A DNA stretch of 27,489 nucleotides, from positions 1-27,489 of the forward strand of contig JBHLRV010000001.1 in NCBI GenBank assembly GCA_048882205.1. Reading direction: 5' to 3'. Under the pieces are notes generated by a model. That model was given only the letters and a program-made list of their open reading frames with translations, had not been told where the DNA came from and did no database searches. This DNA comes from Candidatus Thorarchaeota archaeon. GTDB lineage: Archaea > Asgardarchaeota > Thorarchaeia > Thorarchaeales > Thorarchaeaceae. A program made the translations under genes and the position numbers. Of this stretch, positions 16,234 through 24,767 are shown in pieces. The first letter of the stretch is position 1, and each line of letters starts with the position of its first letter.

Positions 16234-17388
16234 CTAGCCAGCTACTCTTCCCTGCTTCATCCGCACAATTAGGGCAAGAATGACGACTACTCCCACAACT
16301 AGAATAACAAGTTCAAGACCCAGAGGAAATGGATGACTCTCACCGATCTCCAGAACCACGAATCCATTGTCCTGATCGGTCATATAGACTATGTCGTCCA
16401 CCACTTCAACTCGACAGGGCTTGCCGCCATCAACATAACGAGTTATCTCGGTAGGCTGAGTCGGATTACTGATGTTCAACATCACTAGTCCTATCTCATA
16501 GTCACAAAGAAAGGCGAGATCCCGTTCACCCTCGATATGGACTGAGAAGGAATCCAAGCTCTCAGTGAACTCGGCGACAAGTCTAATGTCTGCCACGTCA
16601 CTAACATTCAACACTTTGAAGCTGTGTCCCCAGTAAGTCAGAAAAGCCAAGTTTCCTACAATCTCAAGATCACCCGATTCTGCAACGTTTGTTGAGTCTC
16701 CTGTGTACTGTCCCACTTCCACTGGATTAGAACGATTGCTCACATCAAGGACGGTGAATCCTGCATAACTTGTTGTAACAAAAGCTAGGTTTCCAACCAC
16801 CTCAATATCCGTTGCATCACCCCTCACAGTGTAGCTCTTCAGCATTTCTGGAGTAGTTGAATCTGTGACGTTGACAATTGTCAGTCTGTCACCACTACCC
16901 AAGAACCCATTCGCTACGAACGCAGTATCTCCTTCTACTTCTACGGCCCAAGCATAGTGACCAGTGTACTGACACAGAACCTCGGGACTTGATGAGTTCG
17001 TGCAGTCTATGATCTTGAGTCCGCCACGACCGTCACCTACGAACAAGAGATTGCCACGGACAAAGACCTGATGTGCGTATGCTTGGTGACCATCTATATC
17101 TTCGGAAGGCAAGTGCGCCAGTTCAACAGGATCCGCGGGATTGCTAACATCAAAGATCCTTACTCCAGAGTAGCCGCATGACACATAGGCAATGTTTCTA
17201 TCAGTGTCAATCCACACATCGTAGGCATCACCAGTTTCGACACCTGCTATTCTTGATAGCACAAGATCAGTCGTGCTTGCCCCAGACACAGGACAGGCGA
17301 TGAATCCCACACTCACAAACAAGACCGCAGCCAGAATGCAGTTCAATCTCCACCTTCTTGAGGGCCGTGACCAATGCGACACATTCAA
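16234..17388 (-). CDS. Secreted, membrane-anchored LVIVD-repeat beta-propeller protein
   Basis: N-terminal signal peptide, seven ~40-aa repeats (e.g. DIEVVGNLAFVTTSYAGFTVLDVSN), C-terminal TM helix with basic tail. TTG start after a GGGGA SD. Confidence 0.88.
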   Translation of the reverse strand: MNVSHWSRPSRRWRLNCILAAVLFVSVGFIACPVSGASTTDLVLSRIAGVETGDAYDVWIDTDRNIAYVSCGYSGVRIFDVSNPADPVELAHLPSEDIDGHQAYAHQVFVRGNLLFVGDGRGGLKIIDCTNSSSPEVLCQYTGHYAWAVEVEGDTAFVANGFLGSGDRLTIVNVTDSTTPEMLKSYTVRGDATDIEVVGNLAFVTTSYAGFTVLDVSNRSNPVEVGQYTGDSTNVAESGDLEIVGNLAFLTYWGHSFKVLNVSDVADIRLVAEFTESLDSFSVHIEGERDLAFLCDYEIGLVMLNISNPTQPTEITRYVDGGKPCRVEVVDDIVYMTDQDNGFVVLEIGESHPFPLGLELVILVVGVVVILALIVRMKQGRVAG

Positions 17389-17493
17389 TATCTATCCCCT
17401 CTCAGACAGGAATACTTCAGATTCGGTAGAAAAGCGTGTCTTACAACGCAACATATCTCTCATTCAAAATGTGCCAGCCTAGAAGAATGAAAG

Positions 17494-17516
17494 TGGTGGG
17501 CCGGACGAGATTTGAA
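17494..17516 (-). repeat. att-like 23-bp duplicate of the tRNA-Pro 3' end
   Basis: TGGTGGGCCGGACGAGATTTGAA is identical to 18081-18103. Confidence 0.95.
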
Positions 17517-18002
17517 TCAAACAGCATTGTATGTGAACTGGAACTGCATATTCACTGGAACATCTGAAATCTTGACAATGTGGTAAGGATATGTAATAAC
17601 CTCAGTAAGATCTCCATAAAGCGACTCCTCAACATAGACCATGTAGTATGTGCTAGTCGAGATAATCCGCGTAATTCTCGTCCAGAATCCGCCACCGCCG
17701 CAGTAGCCTCGAAATACAGCGATAATGGTCTCTGATGTGAAGTTGATGGCCGGAAGCTCTGGTATGGAAAAACCTCCTCCATGTATCTCTAGCCATAGAC
17801 ATTCCCAGGCCGCCGCATCTCTTATTGTGAGATTAGCTCTCAGAGTATAACCAGAGCTCTTATCCCCCTTGTCTATCTCCTCAAAGGGAACGTCAACGCC
17901 AAGTAGAAGCGGCAGATTGGGTCCAAGCAGAATTAGAGATGAAGCTACCAACCCGATGCAAATTGCAGATCCCGCTATGACTTTGACAGAGGCTTTCACC
18001 AT
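17517..18002 (-). CDS. Membrane-anchored PrcB C-terminal-domain-like protein
   Basis: N-terminal hydrophobic anchor, then LPAINF...IIAVFRG...GGF...ITRI...VYVEE...ITYPYHIVKI, a pattern typical of PrcB_C. ATG 18002 follows GGAAGGCGG. Confidence 0.7.
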   Translation of the reverse strand: MVKASVKVIAGSAICIGLVASSLILLGPNLPLLLGVDVPFEEIDKGDKSSGYTLRANLTIRDAAAWECLWLEIHGGGFSIPELPAINFTSETIIAVFRGYCGGGGFWTRITRIISTSTYYMVYVEESLYGDLTEVITYPYHIVKISDVPVNMQFQFTYNAV

Positions 18003-18080
18003 ATGACCGCCTTCCAAATCATCAGATACAGTAAAGACTCTGAAGGCATATAACACCAGGGATTAGAGAAGATGGGGGAA

Positions 18081-18157
18081 TGGTGGGCCGGACGAGATTT
18101 GAACTCGCGATCCCTTGGATCCGAACCAAGAATCATACCAAGCTAGACCACCGACCC
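18081..18157 (-). tRNA. tRNA-Pro(CGG), intronless, CCA encoded
   Basis: GGGTCGG/CCGGCCC acceptor stem, CTTGG-TTCGGAT-CCAAG anticodon arm, GTTCAAATC T-loop, 3' ACCA. Length 77 nt. Confidence 0.97.
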
Positions 18158-18184
18158 ATGACCAGAGGGAACCCCCTGTGAGAA

Positions 18185-19018
18185 TCATTTAATCATTTCG
18201 TTGAAACGTTCCCTCAGCGACTCCACTGTACCCAGATACACTCCTGCTATACTATATACGTCCGACTTGAGAATGTCAGCACAGCTATTCTCAAAGAAAG
18301 GCCCATAGAAGGTTGTCTTTGGAGTATTGACCTGCACTCCTGAGAAGAGTTCGTTGAAGCTTGGAAGAGTGACAACAACCCCTTCCGAGTCATCAGGAGC
18401 TTCAGGAGCGCCGATATTCTGGCGTACACAGTTCCTATCCAGTTTTGAGCGCAGAATGACTGGGATTACACCAGCAAATCGTCGCCTACCAGCCCGATCT
18501 ATCTCAGGTGCATCAACAGACCTCACATTTCGTAGAGTTGGGTGGTTGTGCCCTATCACGAGTATCGGTGCTTCTAGCACCTTCGGAGATGGCCAAGAAT
18601 GTCCATGCAGTAGTCCGACTGTTTCCTCACCTTCACCTATCACTATACCACGGACATCAAGCAGAGAAACACTCCTCGGCAGAAGAGGAAGCAAATCGCC
18701 ATCATGGTTTCCAGGAATTACATGGATTCTGCACAGGTCTGAAAGAGCCGACATGAGATCAGGGACTGACTGCCAATTAGGAGGACTATGTACAGTGATG
18801 GAATGCTTGACATCCCCGATTATATGGATATCTTCGACTGCGTGGTTCTCAACGAGTGCTGATATCCTCTTGAGTAAACTCGCATTTTGGGCTGGATACG
18901 CAATTCCTCTCTCCTCGTAGAGAGTGTGCTCGAAACCAAGATGAAGATCTGCGACTATGAGGACTCTAAAGTCATCTGCCTTGATCACCATCGCCCGGTC
19001 TTCGAAGATAACCTCCAT
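18185..19018 (-). CDS. Calcineurin-like metallophosphoesterase (COG1407/Lhr-associated MPE type)
   Basis: ADLHLG, GDVKH, GNHD, HGH, GHNHP and LPSFN motifs. Confidence 0.9.
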   Translation of the reverse strand: MEVIFEDRAMVIKADDFRVLIVADLHLGFEHTLYEERGIAYPAQNASLLKRISALVENHAVEDIHIIGDVKHSITVHSPPNWQSVPDLMSALSDLCRIHVIPGNHDGDLLPLLPRSVSLLDVRGIVIGEGEETVGLLHGHSWPSPKVLEAPILVIGHNHPTLRNVRSVDAPEIDRAGRRRFAGVIPVILRSKLDRNCVRQNIGAPEAPDDSEGVVVTLPSFNELFSGVQVNTPKTTFYGPFFENSCADILKSDVYSIAGVYLGTVESLRERFNEMIK

Positions 19019-19074
19019 TATTGACGTTGGTCATCAATCCTACAACATTTTAACCTGACCGTCTGACACTGTGA

Positions 19075-19470
19075 ATGAGAAACATGGCCCTCCCTTCCAA
19101 AGAGGTCAAGATGCTTTGCAAAGAAGAGCTGACCCAGAGTGACATCGAGTACTTTCGTTCCAAGTACGGTAAGAGGTTTGTGAGGGCTCTCAGGGCAGTT
19201 GAGGAGGGGCGAGTATCAGAGCATTTCTTCCGTCCCAGTGAAACAACGAAGTGGATTGTGCAGGGAAAGCGCAGGGAGTATCTTGTCATCCCCAGAGTGT
19301 TCTGCACATGTCGCAGCTTCTATCATTCAGTTGTCATAGAGCGAGAGGTGGAGATGTGCTACCATCTGCTAGCGCAAGCAATTGCTGAGGCTCGAAACCA
19401 ACAGAAGATAGTTGAATCCACCGACGCTGAGCGGCGGGAGATGAGTGCTGAGCTTCGCAGAACAGACTGA
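19075..19470 (+). CDS. SWIM zinc-finger protein (SWS1/ZSWIM7-like)
   Basis: FCTCRSF-x11-CYHLLA (CxC...CxH). Start is uncertain (19075, 19084 or 19111). Confidence 0.85.
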   Translation: MRNMALPSKEVKMLCKEELTQSDIEYFRSKYGKRFVRALRAVEEGRVSEHFFRPSETTKWIVQGKRREYLVIPRVFCTCRSFYHSVVIEREVEMCYHLLAQAIAEARNQQKIVESTDAERREMSAELRRTD

Positions 19471-19549
19471 AACGGGTCTACAAGCCACCTGAACTGAGGA
19501 TAACTTTTTAACACGGCCTAGAGTCTGGCACGCTGACTCAGCAGAATGG

Positions 19550-20647
19550 TTGAATGAGCCTATGGTGCGTTTAAGAAGAACAGCCCGTATCCTAGCGGTT
19601 GCACTTATAGCATTGGTTCTCCTGTTCTCCCTTCAGTCCAAGGTAAATGCCCAGGCCGCTCTAGATCCTGTCGTCATTCTATATGATGCAAGTCACAACC
19701 CTCAGTTTGCCGTTGACGATGACACAGGGCTGGGGCTGATGCTCGACATGGTAAACGCATCGACTAGATATGTTGTGAGGGTGAACACAGACCCAATCGA
19801 GAACACAACACTGAATGATGTTGATATCCTCATCGTGGCTGGTCCTGACCCCAACAGCGGGTTCGGTAACACCGAAGTGATTTCAATCGCTGAGATGATG
19901 AACAATGGCAGCTCTGTACTACTGCTTGGTAACCCAGTGATTGGAAACAATAGCGGGTACTGGGATGACGTGGTCTTGCAGAATATCGGAGATAACATTG
20001 CCCTGAATCGACTTCTCGATGCACTCAATATCACAGGTCCCCGGTTTAGCATCAATGAAACAAAGCTCTTCTCTTGGTCCGATGCAATGTTTGACCATGA
20101 GCATGCAATCAACGAGTCTTCACCCTGGGTCACTCTAATGGACTCGAGCACATGGGACGCTAGCCACCCCATCTTCAAGAACATCAATGAGCTAGTGGTG
20201 ATGACAGCCACTCTGAAGCCTCTAGATCTCGTCAGCACCATTGCAACAGGCCACGAGTCATCGTTTGCACAGTTCAGATCCTCTCCTACTTCAATGGGGA
20301 ACTATACCTTTCCGAACATGACATTGGACGACTTTTCAGAGAATCCACTGTCATACTCAGCAATAAACGGAACTTTCCCACCTTGGATGTCTGCCTTTGA
20401 GTATGGTGACAGCAGGGTTGTAATCTCTGGCTCTGCAATAATGTTCTCTGGACTTGTCCTTGATGATCCCGGGAACGAAGCTAGGTGGTTCTATACTGCT
20501 GACAATGCTCGCCTTTTCATGAACATACTAGATTGGCTCTCTGAGGGTTTTGTGGAGCCTCCCGGTGCAATTGACTCTATGCTCATGGTTTCCTTGACCA
20601 TACTGGCTGTAGGTGCAGTCTACTACACTTTCCGGAAGCTGAGATAG
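19550..20647 (+). CDS. Type-I membrane glycoprotein with GIFT/DUF4350-like (GATase-like) domain
   Basis: Signal peptide. ILYDASH, DVDILIVAGP, GSSVLLLG, RVVISGS and DNARLFMNILDWL. C-terminal TM helix. Ten N-x-S/T sequons. Confidence 0.7.
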   Translation: MNEPMVRLRRTARILAVALIALVLLFSLQSKVNAQAALDPVVILYDASHNPQFAVDDDTGLGLMLDMVNASTRYVVRVNTDPIENTTLNDVDILIVAGPDPNSGFGNTEVISIAEMMNNGSSVLLLGNPVIGNNSGYWDDVVLQNIGDNIALNRLLDALNITGPRFSINETKLFSWSDAMFDHEHAINESSPWVTLMDSSTWDASHPIFKNINELVVMTATLKPLDLVSTIATGHESSFAQFRSSPTSMGNYTFPNMTLDDFSENPLSYSAINGTFPPWMSAFEYGDSRVVISGSAIMFSGLVLDDPGNEARWFYTADNARLFMNILDWLSEGFVEPPGAIDSMLMVSLTILAVGAVYYTFRKLR

Positions 20648-20650
20648 CGT

Positions 20651-21241
20651 CTACCACTGAAGTTTGTCTGTCCTTACATTTCCAAGAGCATCTTCTATTG
20701 CTCTCTTCAGCTCAATTATCCCCAGCTTCTTAGAGGCCGACATTGGGACTATTTGAGGAACTACACCAGGAAGGGCCTCCGTTAGCTTCATTGAAAGGTA
20801 TTCTAACTCAACTGTCTGTTGACGTTTCGTCAGCTTGTCTATCTTATTTGCAGCTATAATCACATTGTCGGCAATCTCAGACAGGAATGTATAGAACTCC
20901 ACATCAATAGGGAGTTCACTCCGGCTTTCCCAGCGGTCCACTAGCGTTCTGAAGAGCGATACATCGATTATCAAGACTGCGAGAGCCAGACGACTACTCC
21001 ATTGCTCTAGCTTCTGAATCAGTGTTTTCTTCATTTCCTCTATGTCAGTCCTGCTGGTTCCTGCCATGTATCCAAACCCAGGAATATCTACCAAAGTCAC
21101 AGGTCCGAGATTAATCATGCATTCCCACTTTGTACTGCCAGGCCGTTTCCCCACCCTTACTCTCTTCCCGGTGAGTGCCCTTATGGTGCTGCTCTTTCCA
21201 ACGTTGCTTCTGCCGGCAAATACAACGAGGGGCTTCTCCAA
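20651..21241 (-). CDS. engB: GTP-binding protein EngB/YihA
   Basis: GRSNVGKSS, KRPGST, DIPGFGY, NKID, MSA. Start is probably TTG 21241 (the ORF track start is 21274). Confidence 0.9.
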   Translation of the reverse strand: MEKPLVVFAGRSNVGKSSTIRALTGKRVRVGKRPGSTKWECMINLGPVTLVDIPGFGYMAGTSRTDIEEMKKTLIQKLEQWSSRLALAVLIIDVSLFRTLVDRWESRSELPIDVEFYTFLSEIADNVIIAANKIDKLTKRQQTVELEYLSMKLTEALPGVVPQIVPMSASKKLGIIELKRAIEDALGNVRTDKLQW

Positions 21242-21242
21242 C

Positions 21243-24086
21243 TCAATCCCTCCAGAACGGCCTGGTCCTTGCATACTCTCTCTCTGCTCTAGCTATTTCT
21301 TTCAATAGGGAGTGACGGTCATCAAGTCCGGGCCGCAATATCCTTGACGCTGTGTCAGGTCCAATACCCCGACCTGCAAGAGCGACCAATGCTCTCTTTC
21401 CATAGCTGGAAACAAGAGTGGCACTCAATCCTCCAGCTCTGTACTTCTTCTTCTCACTACGTGTCAGCGGCTTGCCAGCCACGTTCTTTGCTACAATCTT
21501 CTTGAACTCGGTGTCTTTTGCTGGAAGGGCTGCAATCATTGTAGATCCGCAAACAGGACAGCTCACGTTGTCCTCGATCGAAGAAACGGTTCTTACCGAG
21601 GCCCAGTCACCACTTCCCATGCAGACCAGCCTGAAACGGCTAGAAAGTAATCTTTCCTCCATAACCGCCAGTACTTCATCCTCATCAGTGATTTCCCCTA
21701 TCACCTCAAAGCGCGTCTTCTCCTCCACTATTAATCGAGCAAGAGCAGAGGGCATGTCAGTTCTTGCGATATGAATCTCAATCTCACCATTTGCAGCTTT
21801 ATCAAAGAGCTGTTTCACTCGGGACTCATCGAGTTTCTCTTGCAGGACTTCTCTCATTGCTTCATCAAACACGAGTGATCCCTCATAAGCTCTGATAAGT
21901 TTCCGAACTGGAATCTCTCTTATCTTTGCGTCCCTGCGGATGATTCCCATACGTCGGCCTACGTGGATAAATCGAGAGGAGAAGTTCTGCGTGGACTTAG
22001 CTGCTAACCTTAGAATTGTAGATACCTGTTCTCCCGTATAGTCCCTGAGAACATCCGCAACCTGTTCTGCGTCCAGATCGCCTGTAGAAGTTAGCAAGAT
22101 GCGATAGGGGTCTCTCTCAACACCCACGTGTACACCTAGTCGGGTTGTCAACAGTGCGGCAATCACTACACCTAGCGTTTCATTTGCCTTTGTTCCAAGG
22201 GGAACATGCATAACGACGCCAGCTTTGAAGTCTTCCACTATGATAATATTCTCTGATGGCAATCGCCCCAACTCTTTCTTTGCTAGCTTGACGGTTTCAA
22301 TCACATGAGTCTGTGCCTCGTCCGTGATTCTGTATTTCCTTTCCAACCACTCCCTACTATCAAGTTCCTCTTTCTCTCCAACAGAACTCCATACCTTGGC
22401 AACTTCTGTTGCGACCTCAAATGGTACTGGTATCATCTCACCGATCCATCTAGGTGCATCTGTGTTGGTATCTGTGACTGGGGCACACAGAACCTCGTCT
22501 TCCTCAATACTGACAACCTGCCAAGGGCGTCCTCTTATGACAAAGACGGAGCCCGTTTCGATATTCTGTGTCACGTATTCCTCATCCAACACCCCAATGC
22601 TTGAACGTGTGGCCATATCCAAGGCGTTGACCTTGTGCACGTCAGGAATTGTGCTAAGATGCTCATAGTAGAAGACTCGTGCACTTCTCCCTCTGCTGAC
22701 CAGGCCCCCATTCACATCTGCCCAACCTCTCTCAACCATGAATTGAAGCACTCTATCAAGGTCCTGCATTTTCAAGTGTGCATAGGGAGAAGCTGATGTG
22801 ACAACCGTAAATAGGCTCTTGATTTCAATCTCTTGTGTGTCAAGCAGAATGCCAACAATCTGGTGACAGAGGACATCCCAGGCTCCTACAGGGATGTTGG
22901 CTTTCTCAACCTTGTTCAAAAGTGCTCGTCTGACAATAGCCCCTGACTCTGTGATGTCATCCAGATTCATTGTTGCGACTATGACTCCATTTGCAACCCT
23001 GCCTATTCCGTGACCTGCTCGTCCTGTTCGTTGCAGGGCTCGAGAAACCTCTCGAGGGCTGCTATACTGAATGACAAGATCTGCTTGACCGATGTCTATT
23101 CCCAACTCAAGACTTGAAGTAGCGATGATGGCCTTAGAGGCACCCGTCTTTAATCTCTCCTCGGCCGACACACGAACATCCCTTGAGAGCGACCCGTGAT
23201 GAACATCGAATTCGTAGCTGGGCTTCAATGCCCTCATCTTTGCTCCCAAGGTTTCAGCAAAGGATCGCGTGTTTGTGAACACTAGGGTCGACGAATGACC
23301 TCTAATCAAATCGATTATTCGCTCTAGACGTGCTGTAGAATGCAAAGGATAGGAGATCTTTCTGCTCAACCTCTTATGTTCAGGGCTGGGAACCGGGGTT
23401 TCAACTCTGAGATTCATCTCCCGGAGATCGTACCCTGCCCAGATGGTCTTGATGGTACCGCTCGGACCCGAGAGGAGCTTCCCAACATTTCTAACGTTTC
23501 CAACTGTGGCCGACAGTCCTATCCTCTGAACCTCTTCTCCTTTCAAGTGTTCGAGTCGTTCAAGACCTAGACTCATCTGAACCCCTCTCTTACTATCAGC
23601 CAACTCGTGGACCTCATCAACGACCACAGCAAAGACGGTCTTCAAATGATATCTGAGCCTCTTTCCCGGAAGAATCGCCTGAAGGGACTCAGGAGTCGTA
23701 ATGAGCAGGTTTGGTGGCTTGATGGCCTGCTGCCTTCTTCTATATTGACTAGTGTCCCCGTGTCTCACTGCAACAGTCAGTCCGAGATGCTCGCAGAGTT
23801 TCTCAATTCGTCTGAACACATCTCTGTTGAGAGCTCTTAGGGGAGTGATATAGAGTATATAGAAGCCAAAGAGCTCGCGTTCCCGCTGAAGCTTGTGTAG
23901 ACGATGAAGCAGTGGCAGCAGGGCCGCCTCAGTCTTGCCAGAGCCCGTGGGAGAGAGAAGAAGGACGTCTGCCTGACCTTTGAGTATGACTGGAATCGCC
24001 TGTTCTTGGATTGGAGTGGGTGAGGTCATTCCCTGACTAACCAGAAACTCGTTGATCTCGTTGCTCAATTGAGAAAAGGCACTCAT
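21243..24086 (-). CDS. lhr: Lhr-type SF2 helicase with C-terminal Cys-containing domain
   Basis: SPTGSGKT, ITPLRALNRD, TTPESL, DEVH, SAT, FTNTR, HHGS, TSSLELGIDIG, QRTGRAGH. Also DVLCHQ (winged helix), WIGE and a C-terminal CPVCGS. Confidence 0.93.
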   Translation of the reverse strand: MSAFSQLSNEINEFLVSQGMTSPTPIQEQAIPVILKGQADVLLLSPTGSGKTEAALLPLLHRLHKLQRERELFGFYILYITPLRALNRDVFRRIEKLCEHLGLTVAVRHGDTSQYRRRQQAIKPPNLLITTPESLQAILPGKRLRYHLKTVFAVVVDEVHELADSKRGVQMSLGLERLEHLKGEEVQRIGLSATVGNVRNVGKLLSGPSGTIKTIWAGYDLREMNLRVETPVPSPEHKRLSRKISYPLHSTARLERIIDLIRGHSSTLVFTNTRSFAETLGAKMRALKPSYEFDVHHGSLSRDVRVSAEERLKTGASKAIIATSSLELGIDIGQADLVIQYSSPREVSRALQRTGRAGHGIGRVANGVIVATMNLDDITESGAIVRRALLNKVEKANIPVGAWDVLCHQIVGILLDTQEIEIKSLFTVVTSASPYAHLKMQDLDRVLQFMVERGWADVNGGLVSRGRSARVFYYEHLSTIPDVHKVNALDMATRSSIGVLDEEYVTQNIETGSVFVIRGRPWQVVSIEEDEVLCAPVTDTNTDAPRWIGEMIPVPFEVATEVAKVWSSVGEKEELDSREWLERKYRITDEAQTHVIETVKLAKKELGRLPSENIIIVEDFKAGVVMHVPLGTKANETLGVVIAALLTTRLGVHVGVERDPYRILLTSTGDLDAEQVADVLRDYTGEQVSTILRLAAKSTQNFSSRFIHVGRRMGIIRRDAKIREIPVRKLIRAYEGSLVFDEAMREVLQEKLDESRVKQLFDKAANGEIEIHIARTDMPSALARLIVEEKTRFEVIGEITDEDEVLAVMEERLLSSRFRLVCMGSGDWASVRTVSSIEDNVSCPVCGSTMIAALPAKDTEFKKIVAKNVAGKPLTRSEKKKYRAGGLSATLVSSYGKRALVALAGRGIGPDTASRILRPGLDDRHSLLKEIARAEREYARTRPFWRD

Positions 24087-24316
24087 CCAGAGAACTTCCC
24101 TCTCAACAGGTGTCGAATCTCATTAATCAATATGCGCAGGTCAGTCCTCAGTGTCACGTCAGTTTCTTCCATTCGTTGTTCAAGCAACCGAATCAGTTCG
24201 TCACTTGAATGACCATGACCTTTGATCTCCTGAACAATGGAACGTACTGAGTCCAGATTAGCCAAGTGTCCTCCAATGTTCTGAAAGGCATGAAGAAGAA
24301 GCTCGTCCGAACTCAT
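24083..24316 (-). CDS. Hypothetical 77-aa helical protein with internal two-fold repeat
   Basis: GGAGGT SD. Its stop overlaps the lhr start (ATGA). Alternative TTG start at 24319. Confidence 0.7.
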   Translation of the reverse strand: MSSDELLLHAFQNIGGHLANLDSVRSIVQEIKGHGHSSDELIRLLEQRMEETDVTLRTDLRILINEIRHLLRGKFSG

Positions 24317-24337
24317 CAAGAGTGACCTCCCATGTCA

Positions 24338-24451
24338 CTACTCATCTTCCTCCTCACCCCAGACCGAATAGGCAAAGATCAGCATAAGGGCCACGATGCC
24401 CATCGTCATGAGTAGAAGAGACAAGATTTGCTGGATGAGTTCGGTCTGCAT
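24338..24451 (-). CDS. 37-aa single-pass membrane peptide (absent from the ORF track)
   Basis: Translates MQTELIQQILSLLLMTMGIVALMLIFAYSVWGEEEDE. It fills the gap between a TTATAAG box 29 nt upstream and the next gene's SD. Confidence 0.65.
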   Translation of the reverse strand: MQTELIQQILSLLLMTMGIVALMLIFAYSVWGEEEDE

Positions 24452-24480
24452 AGAAATCCCGCGTTCTCGGATTTGCCTCA

Positions 24481-24487
24481 CTTATAA
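24481..24487 (-). promoter_or_regulatory. Putative TATA box of the peptide-hyp-lhr-engB operon
   Basis: TTATAAG 29 nt before the ATG at 24451, consistent with a near-leaderless mRNA. Confidence 0.55.
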
Positions 24488-24512
24488 CCATTGCTGATTA
24501 TGGGGCTTTGCA

Positions 24513-24767
24513 CTAGGCAGCTTCTGCGCTGCGTTCCTCATAGAACCTGTCTATAAACGTACCGTAGATATCAACTGCCTCTGTCAAGGGGTTGACATCA
24601 TCAACTGACATCTCCAGTCCACAGGATCCACACTTGACACTTGCAAGAGCATTGCTACGCTGGAGTTCAATCTTGATTGCTGTGTTTCCACAATCGGGAC
24701 ATGGATACACATCTGGGATACGCTTCTGAGGGCGCCGTCGTACCTTCTGTCTTCGTCTTCTTCCCAC
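24513..24767 (-). CDS. elf1: Transcription elongation factor Elf1 homolog
   Basis: Basic N-terminus MGRRRR, YPCPDCG...CGSCG zinc ribbon, EAVDIYGTFID. GTG start after GAGGTGA. Confidence 0.93.
   Translation of the reverse strand: MGRRRRQKVRRRPQKRIPDVYPCPDCGNTAIKIELQRSNALASVKCGSCGLEMSVDDVNPLTEAVDIYGTFIDRFYEERSAEAA

Larger units (their letters stand above)
17494..18103. mobile_element. Mini integrated element (587-bp unit) at the tRNA-Pro 3' end, no integrase
   Basis: Flanked by a 23-bp direct repeat that begins exactly at the T-loop (TTCAAAT on the minus strand). Contains a single gene. Confidence 0.7.

Noticed and set aside
17494-18103. CRISPR array or second tRNA gene
   Set aside because: There are only two copies 587 bp apart, and the second is just the 3' 23 nt of the tRNA.
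18327-18920. Long antisense or alternate-frame ORFs (e.g. 18327-18920, 19702-20241, 2486-3058, 8660-9046)
   Set aside because: They lie wholly opposite well-supported genes and have no recognisable motifs, so they are treated as shadow ORFs.
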